DNA from: an uncultured Bacteroidota bacterium
Lineage (GTDB): Bacteria > Bacteroidota > Rhodothermia > Balneolales > HLUCCA01
Length of the DNA stretch: 64,000 nt
Reading direction: 5' to 3'
NCBI GenBank assembly: GCA_947085565.1
Contig: CAMTWZ010000017.1
Span: 4,526 to 68,525, forward strand
The notes under the pieces were generated by a model, which worked only from the letters and a program-made list of their open reading frames with translations, was not told where the DNA came from and ran no database searches. Positions 53,497-63,158 of the stretch are shown piece after piece (the stretch's first letter is position 1; the number at the start of each line of letters is the position of its first letter). Both the position numbers and the translations under genes were made by a program.

Positions 53497-54646
53497 GATC
53501 GATCCAAGAGTACTGGTAAATCCCATCATCCATCGCTTTCGCGGCCATGGTGAGCTTGAGCGGATGGAATGTGTCCACCATCACGGCATATTCTTCGGTC
53601 TTTTCCTTGCCGATGCTCTTTTCGACCGTTCCGGGATGCGGCCCGTGCGGAATCCCTCCCGGATGATGTGTGATGCTGGCATATTCGATATTCTTCCTGC
53701 TCATGAATTCGCCCTCCACGTAGTACAGGACCTCATCCGAATCCACATTCGAATGATTGTACGGCGCCGGAATGGCCAACGGATGATAATCGTACTTGCG
53801 CGGACAAAAACTGCAAATCACATAATTATGCCCTTCGAAGGTCTGGTGAACGGGAGGCGGCTGATGCACTCGTCCGGTGATGGGCTCGAAATCCTTCATG
53901 TTGAAAATCCACGGATACAGGTACCCATCCCATCCCACCACATCGAATGGATGATGCTCGAAGATATAATGATGAAAGCGCCCCTGTTTCTTAATGCGGA
54001 CCTCGAACTCACCCGTCTGATCGAAATGCAACGGACCTTCGGGCCGACGGATATCCCGCTCGCAGAACGGACTGTTCTCCATGAACTGTCCCCATTTCGA
54101 GAGATAGCGCTTGGGGACTTCAATGGGACCCGTGCTGTCGATGCATAGCATTCGCGCTTCTTTGCTGGTGAACACGATCTCGTGCGTGGTTCCGCGCGGA
54201 ATGTACACGTAATCGAAAGGTTTGAACGGCAGACGTCCGAAGACGCTCTGCACATGTCCCTCCCCTTCGTGGATGAACAGCATCTCGTCGTGCTCGCCGT
54301 TGCGGTAGAAGTAGTTCATGTGTTCGGTGGGTCGACACAGCGACAACTGCACATCATTGTTGAACAGCACCACCACACGTCCCGAAACCGGATCTCCACC
54401 CGCTTTCATGTTGTGGGTAAGCAGATGGTGATGGCGCAACAGGCCTTCCTTCCATTCTTCCACGGTCACTTCCGCACCTTGCTCCACGCGTTTCACCGTC
54501 GTCGGCGGATGGGAATGATACAGCAGGGATGAATGTCCGCTGAATCCTTCCGCACCGAACAACTCCTCTGCATAAAGACTTCCATCCGGCTTGCGGAACT
54601 GCGTGTGGCGCTTATGTGGGATGGAGCCGAGGGAATGATAAATCAT
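53489..54646 (-). CDS. hmgA: Homogentisate 1,2-dioxygenase
   Basis: 385 aa with the N-terminus YHSLGSIPHKRHTQFRKPDGSLYAEELFG and a cupin core, typical of the short bacterial HmgA. Confidence 0.85.
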   Translation of the reverse strand: MIYHSLGSIPHKRHTQFRKPDGSLYAEELFGAEGFSGHSSLLYHSHPPTTVKRVEQGAEVTVEEWKEGLLRHHHLLTHNMKAGGDPVSGRVVVLFNNDVQLSLCRPTEHMNYFYRNGEHDEMLFIHEGEGHVQSVFGRLPFKPFDYVYIPRGTTHEIVFTSKEARMLCIDSTGPIEVPKRYLSKWGQFMENSPFCERDIRRPEGPLHFDQTGEFEVRIKKQGRFHHYIFEHHPFDVVGWDGYLYPWIFNMKDFEPITGRVHQPPPVHQTFEGHNYVICSFCPRKYDYHPLAIPAPYNHSNVDSDEVLYYVEGEFMSRKNIEYASITHHPGGIPHGPHPGTVEKSIGKEKTEEYAVMVDTFHPLKLTMAAKAMDDGIYQYSWIDHA

Positions 54647-54674
54647 TTAAAATTTTAAATTTGAAATTATAAAG
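54647..54674. repeat. AT-rich motif sharing the 13-mer AAAATTTTAAATT with 5208-5220
   Basis: TTAAAATTTTAAATTTGAAATTATAAAG lies immediately 5' of the hmgA start codon. Confidence 0.7.
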
Positions 54675-54698
54675 TATGTGAACTCAGAGTTGGCACGA

Positions 54699-55838
54699 TC
54701 ATAGGTTGCCTCTACGGTCCTGCTCCCGCTCGATCGCTTCGAACAGCGCCTTGAAATTCCCGACTCCGAACCCTCGTGCGCCTTTGCGCTGGATGATTTC
54801 GAAGAAGAGCGTAGGCCGGTCGCCAACGGGCTTGGTGAAGATCTGCAGCAAGTAGCCTTCTTCATCCCGGTCAACCAGAATCCCTAATTTTTCCAACACA
54901 TCGATGGGTTCATCGATCTTGCCCACTCGCTCGGTCAACGTCTTGTAATAGCTGGTGGGCACGGTCAGAAATTCGACGCCATTGGCTTGCAATGCGGTGA
55001 CGGTTGAAATCACATCCGGGGTGAGCAAAGCCACGTGCTGCACCCCCGGACCGCCATAATAATCCAAATATTCCTGGATTTGGGATTTGCGCAGACCATC
55101 CGCCGGTTCGTTGATGGGGAATTTGATGCGGCCACGTCCGCCGGCCATCACCTTCGACATCAAAGCCGAATATTCTGTGGCGATGTCGTTGTCGTCGAAA
55201 TGGATGTACTGGGTGAATCCCATCACATTCTTATAGAAATCGACCCAATGCTCCATCTTGCCCAATTCCACATTGCCGACGCAATGATCCACGAAATGCA
55301 GGCCGACCGATTTTCCCGGATTCTTCGACGCACGCGGCTCATAACCCGGCATATACAGACCTTTGTACCGGCTGCGATCCACAAAACTGTGAAGAGTGTC
55401 TCCGTAGGTATAAATCGCGGCTTTCAGAAAGGTGCCGTTCTCATCCGTGAATTCGCGTGGTTCCATGGCCGCGCGCGCGCCACGCTTCACGCATTCGCGA
55501 TAGGCGGTCTCCACATCTTTCACAGCCATGGAAATGTCTTTCACCCCATCACCATGGATTTTGATGAACTCGGCGATCGGTGAATCTCCCGTCATCGGGG
55601 AAGTGAGCACGAACCGGATGTTGCCCTGTTGCAGCACCCAGGAGGCCCGGTCGCGCACTCCCGTCTCCAATCCGGCATAGGCCACCAACTCGAATCCGAA
55701 CACGGTCTGATAGAAATGCGCGGCCTGTTTGCCATTACTCACATAGAGCTCGATGGCATCTATATCGACCAGACCGAGGTGGTCATCATAAGCCGCTTCA
55801 AGGGGCCTTTCAGGCGAATCAAATTTGGAAATAAGCAT
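54699..55838 (-). CDS. hppD: 4-hydroxyphenylpyruvate dioxygenase
   Basis: 379 aa with GVQHVAL and the C-terminal FFEIIQRKGARGFGVGNFKALFEAIEREQ. Confidence 0.9.
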   Translation of the reverse strand: MLISKFDSPERPLEAAYDDHLGLVDIDAIELYVSNGKQAAHFYQTVFGFELVAYAGLETGVRDRASWVLQQGNIRFVLTSPMTGDSPIAEFIKIHGDGVKDISMAVKDVETAYRECVKRGARAAMEPREFTDENGTFLKAAIYTYGDTLHSFVDRSRYKGLYMPGYEPRASKNPGKSVGLHFVDHCVGNVELGKMEHWVDFYKNVMGFTQYIHFDDNDIATEYSALMSKVMAGGRGRIKFPINEPADGLRKSQIQEYLDYYGGPGVQHVALLTPDVISTVTALQANGVEFLTVPTSYYKTLTERVGKIDEPIDVLEKLGILVDRDEEGYLLQIFTKPVGDRPTLFFEIIQRKGARGFGVGNFKALFEAIEREQDRRGNL

Positions 55839-55925
55839 GGCGAATGTTTATGGTAGCGCTTTTCTGATGAATGAGGACAAGTTACGGAAATTGGTTTTCT
55901 CGAACGAACTCCGGATTTTGATACG

Positions 55926-57221
55926 ATGCGTTTCCTACCTGTCATTCTCACACTTTTTCTGGTCACCTGCACGCCCGATGATCGCTCCGGATCGGTTCGA
56001 ACCGTTTCCGACAGCACGGAAAAAAGTGTTGAAACCGATGAATATGGCATCCCCTTGGAGCTGTTCGACTCCACCACTCGCATCATCCGCCGCAACGATA
56101 CCTTTTCCGGTGTCCTAAGTTCATTCGGCATTGAAAATACCGTGGTCCAACAGGCCATCCAAGCCACTCGAGGGAAGTTCGATGTGAGGAAAATCCTAGT
56201 CGGGCGGTCCGTAACTCATTATTCCCCGCTCAACGCCAGCGCTCCAGCGCTGGTCATTTACGAAATCGATCCCACCAGCTTCGTCATCTTCTCTTTTTCG
56301 GATAACGTGGGTGTGGAAGTCCGTAAACGGAATATCCAGATCCGCCAACGTCTCGTGGAAGGCGTGATCAAAGGCTCGCTCTACGAAACCTTGATGCGCC
56401 AAGGCGCTTCTCCTGCTCTCGCTGTGGCACTTTCCGAAGTCTATGCTTGGCAGATCGATTTCTACCGGATTCAGCGCGGCGACGCATTCAAGGTGTATTT
56501 CGAAGAAGAAGTGATGGGTGGGAAAAGCATCGGTGTCGGACAAATCCAATCCGCCTGGTTCAAGCACGCCGGTAAGGAATTCTACGCTCTGTATTTCGAG
56601 CAAGATGGAAAAGGGGATTTCTTTGATCTCGAAGGCAATTCCCTGCGCAAAGCTTTTCTCAAAGCTCCACTCTCCTTTTCCCGAATCAGCTCCCGATTCA
56701 CGAATAACCGGTTCCATCCGATCCTCAAACGCAACATCCCCCATCATGGCACAGATTACGCAGCGCCGACCGGTACACCGATCCGTGCCGTGGGCGACGC
56801 TGTGGTCACCAGAGCGAGCTTCGACAACGCCAACGGGAATCATGTCCGCCTAAGACATAATGGCACGTACGAAACCGGCTACCTCCATATGTCGCGCATC
56901 GCGACAGGAATACGCCCCGGAACCCGGGTTTCCCAAGGTCAGATCATCGGTTATGTGGGTAGCACAGGGCTTGCCACCGGCCCACACCTCTGCTACCGGT
57001 TTTGGGTGAATGGCAAACCCGCTGATCCCTATACCATCGAATCACCTTCCTCCAATCCGATTTCAGACGAATACCGCGTGGCGTTCAATCAGTTCAAAGC
57101 CGAAAAAGTGGCTGAACTCAATCGCCCAGCCTTGTTGGCGCATCCGGGAAACCGGACGATGGGCCTGACCGAGGCTGCCATCGTCCCGGTTCCCAAAGAA
57201 AGCATTTTCAGCGCGCCGTAA
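55926..57221 (+). CDS. M23-family metallopeptidase
   Basis: Contains HHGTDYAAPTGTPIRAVGDAVV and GSTGLATGPHLCYRFWVNG. Confidence 0.9.
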   Translation: MRFLPVILTLFLVTCTPDDRSGSVRTVSDSTEKSVETDEYGIPLELFDSTTRIIRRNDTFSGVLSSFGIENTVVQQAIQATRGKFDVRKILVGRSVTHYSPLNASAPALVIYEIDPTSFVIFSFSDNVGVEVRKRNIQIRQRLVEGVIKGSLYETLMRQGASPALAVALSEVYAWQIDFYRIQRGDAFKVYFEEEVMGGKSIGVGQIQSAWFKHAGKEFYALYFEQDGKGDFFDLEGNSLRKAFLKAPLSFSRISSRFTNNRFHPILKRNIPHHGTDYAAPTGTPIRAVGDAVVTRASFDNANGNHVRLRHNGTYETGYLHMSRIATGIRPGTRVSQGQIIGYVGSTGLATGPHLCYRFWVNGKPADPYTIESPSSNPISDEYRVAFNQFKAEKVAELNRPALLAHPGNRTMGLTEAAIVPVPKESIFSAP

Positions 57222-58527
57222 ATTCGCCGAACAGGTCGAACGCCTCCGCATCGGTGATCTCCACCGGGTAGATGCCTCCCACTTCCAACTCTTTGGGCAG
57301 AAATCCGTCCGTGGCGCTTTGGATGCACACTTCGTTGTCCACTTCCGGGCAATCGAATTCCGTCCGCCCCCAAACCACGCCATCCTCGATGCGGTCGATC
57401 ATCACCGGCATCACCGTTCCGATCAACTCATGGTTCTTGATCAGCGAAATCTCCTCCTGAGCCGCCATCAACGCTTTCACACGACGTTGCTTCTCTTTCT
57501 GGCTGATGGGATCCCCTAAGCCGAAGGCCGTGGTCGCATCTTCTTGGGAATAAGAGAAACAGCCCAAACGATCGAATTGCGCCGTTTGAATGAACCCGAG
57601 CATTTCCTCGAAATTCTGCTTGGTCTCCGACGGATACCCCACGATCATGGTGGTTCGCAACCGGATTCCCGGCACTTCGCTTCGGATCTGCGCGATGAGC
57701 TCTTCCAATCGCGGACGAGTGATTCCACGACGCATCGACTTGAGCACCTCCGTGGATCCATGCTGAATAGGCATGTCGATGTACTTGACGATGTTGTCGC
57801 GCTCACGCATCACCGGAAGGATGTGCTCAGGAAACTTCGCCGGATACGCATACAACAGACGGATCCATTCGAATCCGATATCCGACAAACGCAGAAGAAG
57901 TTCATCCAGGCAACGCTTTCCGTACAAGTCCAATCCGTAGTACGTCGTGTCTTGACCGATCACGATTAACTCCTTCACACCTTTTTTCCGTAGCAGAGTG
58001 GCTTCCGAAATCAATTGATCCATGGGTGTGGAAATGTGTCCGCCACGCATCAACGGAATCGCACAGAAAGAACACGGATTGTCACAACCTTCGGAAATCT
58101 TCAGATAAGCGAAATGAGACGGAGTGCTCATCTTCCTCTCTCCCACAAGCTCTTTGCGATAATCGCCGCCCAAGGCCCGGATCACGTCCGGAATGCTCTT
58201 ATGCGAGCTTCCGAAATACGCGTCGACCTCCGGAATATCGGCCTGCAATTCGGGCGCATACCGGTCGGAAAGACAGCCCATCACCATCACCTGATCCAAC
58301 TTACCCTGCTTTTTGAGTGTGACTCCATCCAGGATATGATCGATGCTCTCTTTTTTCGCGGCATCGATGAATCCGCAGGTATTGATCAACAATACGCTGG
58401 CGTCTTCGACCCGATCCACCAATTCAAAGCGGTTGGCTTGGGCCTGGGCCATGAAAAATTCGGAATCGACGGTATTCTTAGAACATCCTAATGTGTCGAC
58501 ATAGATACGGGGAATGCGCGTCTTCAT
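57208..58527 (-). CDS. rimO: Ribosomal protein S12 methylthiotransferase
   Basis: Contains IYVDTLGCSKNTVDSE and the radical-SAM motif CDNPCSFCAIP, plus a C-terminal TRAM domain. The start was set to the internal ATG (MKTRIP...). Confidence 0.85.
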   Translation of the reverse strand: MKTRIPRIYVDTLGCSKNTVDSEFFMAQAQANRFELVDRVEDASVLLINTCGFIDAAKKESIDHILDGVTLKKQGKLDQVMVMGCLSDRYAPELQADIPEVDAYFGSSHKSIPDVIRALGGDYRKELVGERKMSTPSHFAYLKISEGCDNPCSFCAIPLMRGGHISTPMDQLISEATLLRKKGVKELIVIGQDTTYYGLDLYGKRCLDELLLRLSDIGFEWIRLLYAYPAKFPEHILPVMRERDNIVKYIDMPIQHGSTEVLKSMRRGITRPRLEELIAQIRSEVPGIRLRTTMIVGYPSETKQNFEEMLGFIQTAQFDRLGCFSYSQEDATTAFGLGDPISQKEKQRRVKALMAAQEEISLIKNHELIGTVMPVMIDRIEDGVVWGRTEFDCPEVDNEVCIQSATDGFLPKELEVGGIYPVEITDAEAFDLFGEFTAR

Positions 58528-58610
58528 AAATTGTGTTTTGTGAGGCGTAAGGTACGGATTCAGGAACAAACCCTGTTCATGACCGGTTAATACGTCTTTA
58601 GCATTCTCCC

Positions 58611-58925
58611 TTGGAACTACCCGTACTGTCTTTTAGCAAAATCGCCCGCCGACACATCCTTAAAAAGGGTGGCTCCGTGCATCTCACCCGTCATCCGAAA
58701 GCGGGTAGAACAGGGTATTCTCCCGACTTGCTTCTGGCCGTTCCCGAAATTCCGGATCATGCCTCCAGTTGCACGGTCATCCGCACCGATGGAATCACTG
58801 CCTACATCTCCTCTTCGCTTTCCGTCGACAAATACGAGCAGATCGATATCTGGCTCACGCGCAGATATTGGTTCTTCGTCACGCTGAGAGCGAGAATCAC
58901 GCTCTATAAGCGACTCACCGACTGA
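58611..58925 (+). CDS. Hypothetical small protein (104 aa, TTG start)
   Basis: It is the only ORF in this spacer. No motif assigned. Confidence 0.35.
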   Translation: MELPVLSFSKIARRHILKKGGSVHLTRHPKAGRTGYSPDLLLAVPEIPDHASSCTVIRTDGITAYISSSLSVDKYEQIDIWLTRRYWFFVTLRARITLYKRLTD

Positions 58926-60006
58926 TCCAGCTCAACGTCCTCTCTTCGAAGTGATCCATTTCGGCAGACAGGCCCACCGTGACCCGGATGCAATGCGGCA
59001 ATCCGAACGCAGGTAATCGACGCACAATCACCCCATCTTCAAGCAGATATTGCGTCAATTCGATGGCTTCTTTCTCCGTCGGCATCACCATCATCACTGA
59101 ATTCGCATAAGAGGTCACGTAAGGGATGCGAATCGAGTCGAAGAACCGATACATGCGTTCTCGCCCATTCACGACGAGTTGTTGCGTCATGCGCAAAAAC
59201 TCATCGTCTTCCAATGCCGCCAAGCCCGCCGCCTGAGCCGGAGTGGACGGCTCGAAAGGCAGCTTCACCTTCATCAGATTCGAAATCAGGGCTTCGTGAG
59301 CGAATCCATACCCGATGCGGAAACCGGCCAATCCATACGCTTTCGAAAACGTGCGAAGAGTGATCACATTATCGAGCCGATACCGCATCGAATCCGGAAA
59401 ATCGGGACGGTCGCAAGCGAACTCGAAATAAGCCTCATCCAAGATCACCAACACATGCTCCGGAACGCGCTTCATGAAGCGCTCGAACTCCGTGATCGTG
59501 AAATAGGTGCCGGTCGGATTGTTCGGATTCGCCAGATAAATGAGCTTGGTGTCTTCGCGGATCTCATCGGCGATGGCATCCAGGTCGAACCGGTAATCGG
59601 AAGTGAGAGGCACTTGGCGTAGGCGGATTCCCCGACTGTTCGCCAGTACGATGAATCCGATGAAAGTAGCTGATGCGGTGATCGCCTCCTCATGATCCAA
59701 GAAAAAAGTGCGAGTGATCAGCGACATGATGCCTTCCGATCCGCTTCCGGCGATCACATTCTCCGGCTTGATGGAAAACCGATCCGCCAAAGCTTGTCTC
59801 AGCGCCATGGCCGCCGGATCCGGATAATTCATGATGGCCGACATCGACGCCTGCGCCGCGGCTAACGCACTCGGGCTGCATCCCAATCGGTTCTCATTCG
59901 ATGCGAGTTTGGATATCCGTTTCGGATGGTAGGCCGCCACCACTTCTTCAATGGTTTTTCCGGCGACATAAGGCTTCAGATCGAGAATATGGCGGGGTAC
60001 GAGCAC
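58915..60006 (-). CDS. hisC: Histidinol-phosphate/aromatic aminotransferase (HisC family, class II PLP)
   Basis: Contains KLASNENRLGCSP and TFSKAYGLAGFRIGY (PLP Lys). Confidence 0.8.
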   Translation of the reverse strand: MLVPRHILDLKPYVAGKTIEEVVAAYHPKRISKLASNENRLGCSPSALAAAQASMSAIMNYPDPAAMALRQALADRFSIKPENVIAGSGSEGIMSLITRTFFLDHEEAITASATFIGFIVLANSRGIRLRQVPLTSDYRFDLDAIADEIREDTKLIYLANPNNPTGTYFTITEFERFMKRVPEHVLVILDEAYFEFACDRPDFPDSMRYRLDNVITLRTFSKAYGLAGFRIGYGFAHEALISNLMKVKLPFEPSTPAQAAGLAALEDDEFLRMTQQLVVNGRERMYRFFDSIRIPYVTSYANSVMMVMPTEKEAIELTQYLLEDGVIVRRLPAFGLPHCIRVTVGLSAEMDHFEERTLSWISR

Positions 60007-60096
60007 GAATTTAAAAGATTGGTGAAGAGGAATCGACGTAAAGTTACTACTTTTGAAACCATCAATTCAGAAACAGAAAAGCGCTTTTTTCATCTC

Positions 60097-61824
60097 ATGC
60101 ACGTCAAACAGGAAGAGGTCATCCTCAGCATTCCCTCGTACTTACGCCAATTCGTGGTGCGTCAGCATTACGACGAGTACACCCCGCAAGACCACGCCGT
60201 CTGGAGATATGTGATGCATCGGAATCTGGATTTCCTCCAAGCGCATGCGCATCCCGCCTACTTCGACGGACTCAAAAAAACCGGAATCGGCATCGATCGG
60301 ATTCCCCATATCGATGAGATGAACACCTCATTGTCGGCGATTGGCTGGAGGGCTGTCGTGGTCGACGGATTCGTGCCACCTGCCGCGTTCATGGAATTCC
60401 AAGCCCATAAGATCCTGGTGATTTCCGCGGAAATCCGAAACGCCAAACACATCCTCTACACGCCAGCACCCGACATCATCCATGAAGCGGCGGGGCATGC
60501 TCCGATCATCGCCGAACCCAAGTATGCCGACTTCCTGCAACGCTTCGGCGAGTATGGATCGAAAGCCGTTTTCTCCAAAGCGGATTACGACATCTATGAG
60601 GCCATCCGCCACCTTTCTATCCTGAAAGAATTTCCGGGGACTTCACCCGCCGACCTGAAAGCCGCCGAAGACGACCTGGCCGCGAAAACAGCCGCAAACA
60701 CCGATCCTTCCGAATCGGCCTTGCTCTCGCGTTTGCACTGGTGGACCGTCGAATACGGACTGATGGGAACCCCTCAGAACTTCACCATCTTCGGAGCCGG
60801 AATCCTTTCCTCGGTGGGAGAAAGCCAGGCCTGCCTCGCTCCATCCGTGAAAAAACTCCCGCTCGGCGTCGATTGCACCCATGTGAATTACGACATCACC
60901 ACCATGCAGCCTCAACTTTTCGTGGCCCGTGATTTCGACCACCTCATCGACACCCTCGAAGCCTTCGCCGATACCATGTGTTTCCGCAAAGGCGGAGTCG
61001 AGAGCGCCGCAAAAATCCGAGATTCCGCCCAGGTCGGAACTCTGGTTCTCGACTCCGGACTCCAGATCTCCGGCGTATTCACCCACACCGATGCGTCGTT
61101 CCTTCGCACTCACGGCGGCACTTCCCTTGCATACAAGGATTCGCAATTGGTCGGGCATGGTGTCGAAACCCATTCTGACGGCTTCAGCACACCCCTCGGC
61201 CGCTTACGCGGCCTCGACATGCCCCTGCGCAACGCGGATGAAGGAGATCTGCTCCGATGTTCCATCGCCGTCGGCCAAAGCTGCACACTGCCGTTCACGA
61301 GCGGATATGTCGTGAAAGGAACCTTGGTCCGCATCGTCCGAAAAGAAGGAAAAAACCTGCTGTTCTGTTTCAGGAATTGCACCGTGACTGATCCGGCCGG
61401 CGAAGTGGTTTTCCATCCAGAATGGGGTGGGTTCGACATGGCCGTTGGTGAAAGCATCATTTCCGCTTACTCGGGGAGCGCCGATAAGGAAGCCTTTGAT
61501 GTCTATCCACCTAAATCCACGAAAACCGCGATCAAAGTGCGTTACTCCGATGAAGAACGGCGTTTGTTCAACCTGTATGAATCCATACGCACCCTGCGTG
61601 AATCCGGAGATTTCACAGTGGATGAAGCCGAACGGATTCTGGATTCACTCGACCAATCCTTTTCCGACTCCTGGCTCGCGTATTTCGAACACTTCGAGCT
61701 CGTGCGCCACCACGCGGAAGCGAGCGCTCTTGCTGTGCGGATCGACAGGCATCTGACCCTTCTCCGCCAAAAAAACGAAGAGCTGGACGATCTCATCGGC
61801 GCGGGGTACCACTTTCTGGCGTAA
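60097..61824 (+). CDS. Aromatic amino acid hydroxylase (phenylalanine-4-hydroxylase-like) with a long C-terminal extension
   Basis: The iron-ligand region is PDIIHEAAGHAPII. The N-terminal half is the biopterin-dependent hydroxylase fold. The start was moved to the ATG at 60097. Confidence 0.75.
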   Translation: MHVKQEEVILSIPSYLRQFVVRQHYDEYTPQDHAVWRYVMHRNLDFLQAHAHPAYFDGLKKTGIGIDRIPHIDEMNTSLSAIGWRAVVVDGFVPPAAFMEFQAHKILVISAEIRNAKHILYTPAPDIIHEAAGHAPIIAEPKYADFLQRFGEYGSKAVFSKADYDIYEAIRHLSILKEFPGTSPADLKAAEDDLAAKTAANTDPSESALLSRLHWWTVEYGLMGTPQNFTIFGAGILSSVGESQACLAPSVKKLPLGVDCTHVNYDITTMQPQLFVARDFDHLIDTLEAFADTMCFRKGGVESAAKIRDSAQVGTLVLDSGLQISGVFTHTDASFLRTHGGTSLAYKDSQLVGHGVETHSDGFSTPLGRLRGLDMPLRNADEGDLLRCSIAVGQSCTLPFTSGYVVKGTLVRIVRKEGKNLLFCFRNCTVTDPAGEVVFHPEWGGFDMAVGESIISAYSGSADKEAFDVYPPKSTKTAIKVRYSDEERRLFNLYESIRTLRESGDFTVDEAERILDSLDQSFSDSWLAYFEHFELVRHHAEASALAVRIDRHLTLLRQKNEELDDLIGAGYHFLA

Positions 61825-61833
61825 CTTCACCGG

Positions 61834-62508
61834 ATGAAAACCTATCTGGTAACCGGGGCGAGCCGCGGCATCGGAAACGCCACCGTACGGGCTTTGGCCG
61901 AAGCAGGCCACCGTGTGATCGCGACCGCGCGCTCAGAGAAGCCTCTGAACGAGTTGGCCAAGGCCTACCCGAAGAACGTGGTGGCCATCAGCGCCGACCT
62001 TGGGAAAGAATCGGGAATCCAAGCGTTGACCGGATTGGGGCCATTGGATGGAGTGGCGCATGCCGCGGGGTTGCTCATCAATAAGCCCTTCCACGAACTC
62101 ACCGATGGGGATTGGCAGTCGCTGTGGGAGGTGAACGTGATGTCGGCGGTTCGCTTATTGCGCAATCTTTCTGCCGATTTGACTCCTCTTTCCCACGTCG
62201 TGCTGATCGGAAGCATGGGCGGCGCGCAAGGAACCTCGAAATATCCGGGGCTCAGCGCTTATAGCGCCACCAAAGGAGCCCTTTCGATTCTGACAGAATG
62301 CCTCGCCACGGAATGGAGCCCCAGGCGAATAACCGTAAACTGCCTCGCATTGGGTGCGGTTCAAACCGATATGCTCGCTGAAGCCTTTCCGGGGTACGAA
62401 GCACCCGTCACTGCCAAACAGATGGGCAACCATATCGCTCACTTTCTGACTACCTCAGGCGCACTCTATAACGGCAAAATACTGCAAGTAGCGCTTCACA
62501 ACCCTTGA
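61834..62508 (+). CDS. SDR-family oxidoreductase
   Basis: Contains TGASRGIGNA and YSATKGAL. Confidence 0.85.
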   Translation: MKTYLVTGASRGIGNATVRALAEAGHRVIATARSEKPLNELAKAYPKNVVAISADLGKESGIQALTGLGPLDGVAHAAGLLINKPFHELTDGDWQSLWEVNVMSAVRLLRNLSADLTPLSHVVLIGSMGGAQGTSKYPGLSAYSATKGALSILTECLATEWSPRRITVNCLALGAVQTDMLAEAFPGYEAPVTAKQMGNHIAHFLTTSGALYNGKILQVALHNP

Positions 62509-62525
62509 ATTGGTATATTCGACCC

Positions 62526-63158
62526 ATGAATAAAGTCCTATTGACCCTTTTCGCCTCGTGCCTGTTCCTCACGACCAGCGCGAATGCCCAAAGCCTCCAA
62601 AGCTTGGCTAAAAACACATTGATCGGTACCGCTAACGGGACTCTTCTCGGACTCGGAACCATGGCCCTCACCGATTCGCCCGACTTGGCCCCCATCCGCA
62701 TCGGTATCGGCATGGGCACTTTGTACGGTCTCGGTGTCGGTGTGTACGATCTCAGTGTCTATGAAGTCGGATCCGGGTACCGTGTGCAGGGGATATTCAA
62801 TTCCGCCGAATACACCGGTTTGATCGTGTTACTGGATACTTTTTACGGTGGCGTCACCGGTGGAATCGTCGGTACTGCAATTACATTGATGGTGAACAAA
62901 CCCCTTGTAAAAGGACTCCAATACGGCACAGGTGCTGGCGTCTGGGCCGGATTCGCCTTTGGCTTAGTGGATGCCTTCTATCTTAGTAGTTCCCCTGCCG
63001 GATCGCTCGGCTACTCATTGAACATTGAGACAAGTCCCAATTCCAGCATCTCTTTCATCCAACCGAATCTCTATACCGCACCCGTTGTTTCAAACGGAAG
63101 GATGGGACACGTGAACGAGATCGGCCTCGACGTAGCGAAACTTACGATCCGCTTGTGA
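62526..63158 (+). CDS. Gly-rich secreted or membrane protein, unknown function
   Basis: Signal peptide MNKVLLTLFASCLFLTTSANAQ, followed by glycine-zipper-like stretches. Confidence 0.55.
   Translation: MNKVLLTLFASCLFLTTSANAQSLQSLAKNTLIGTANGTLLGLGTMALTDSPDLAPIRIGIGMGTLYGLGVGVYDLSVYEVGSGYRVQGIFNSAEYTGLIVLLDTFYGGVTGGIVGTAITLMVNKPLVKGLQYGTGAGVWAGFAFGLVDAFYLSSSPAGSLGYSLNIETSPNSSISFIQPNLYTAPVVSNGRMGHVNEIGLDVAKLTIRL

Noticed and set aside
58611-58925. Small ORF as a CC/Se-motif (seleno)protein family member.
   Set aside because: The overall shape is vaguely similar, but there is no CC pair or in-frame TGA at the expected position. It is kept only as a low-confidence hypothetical ORF.
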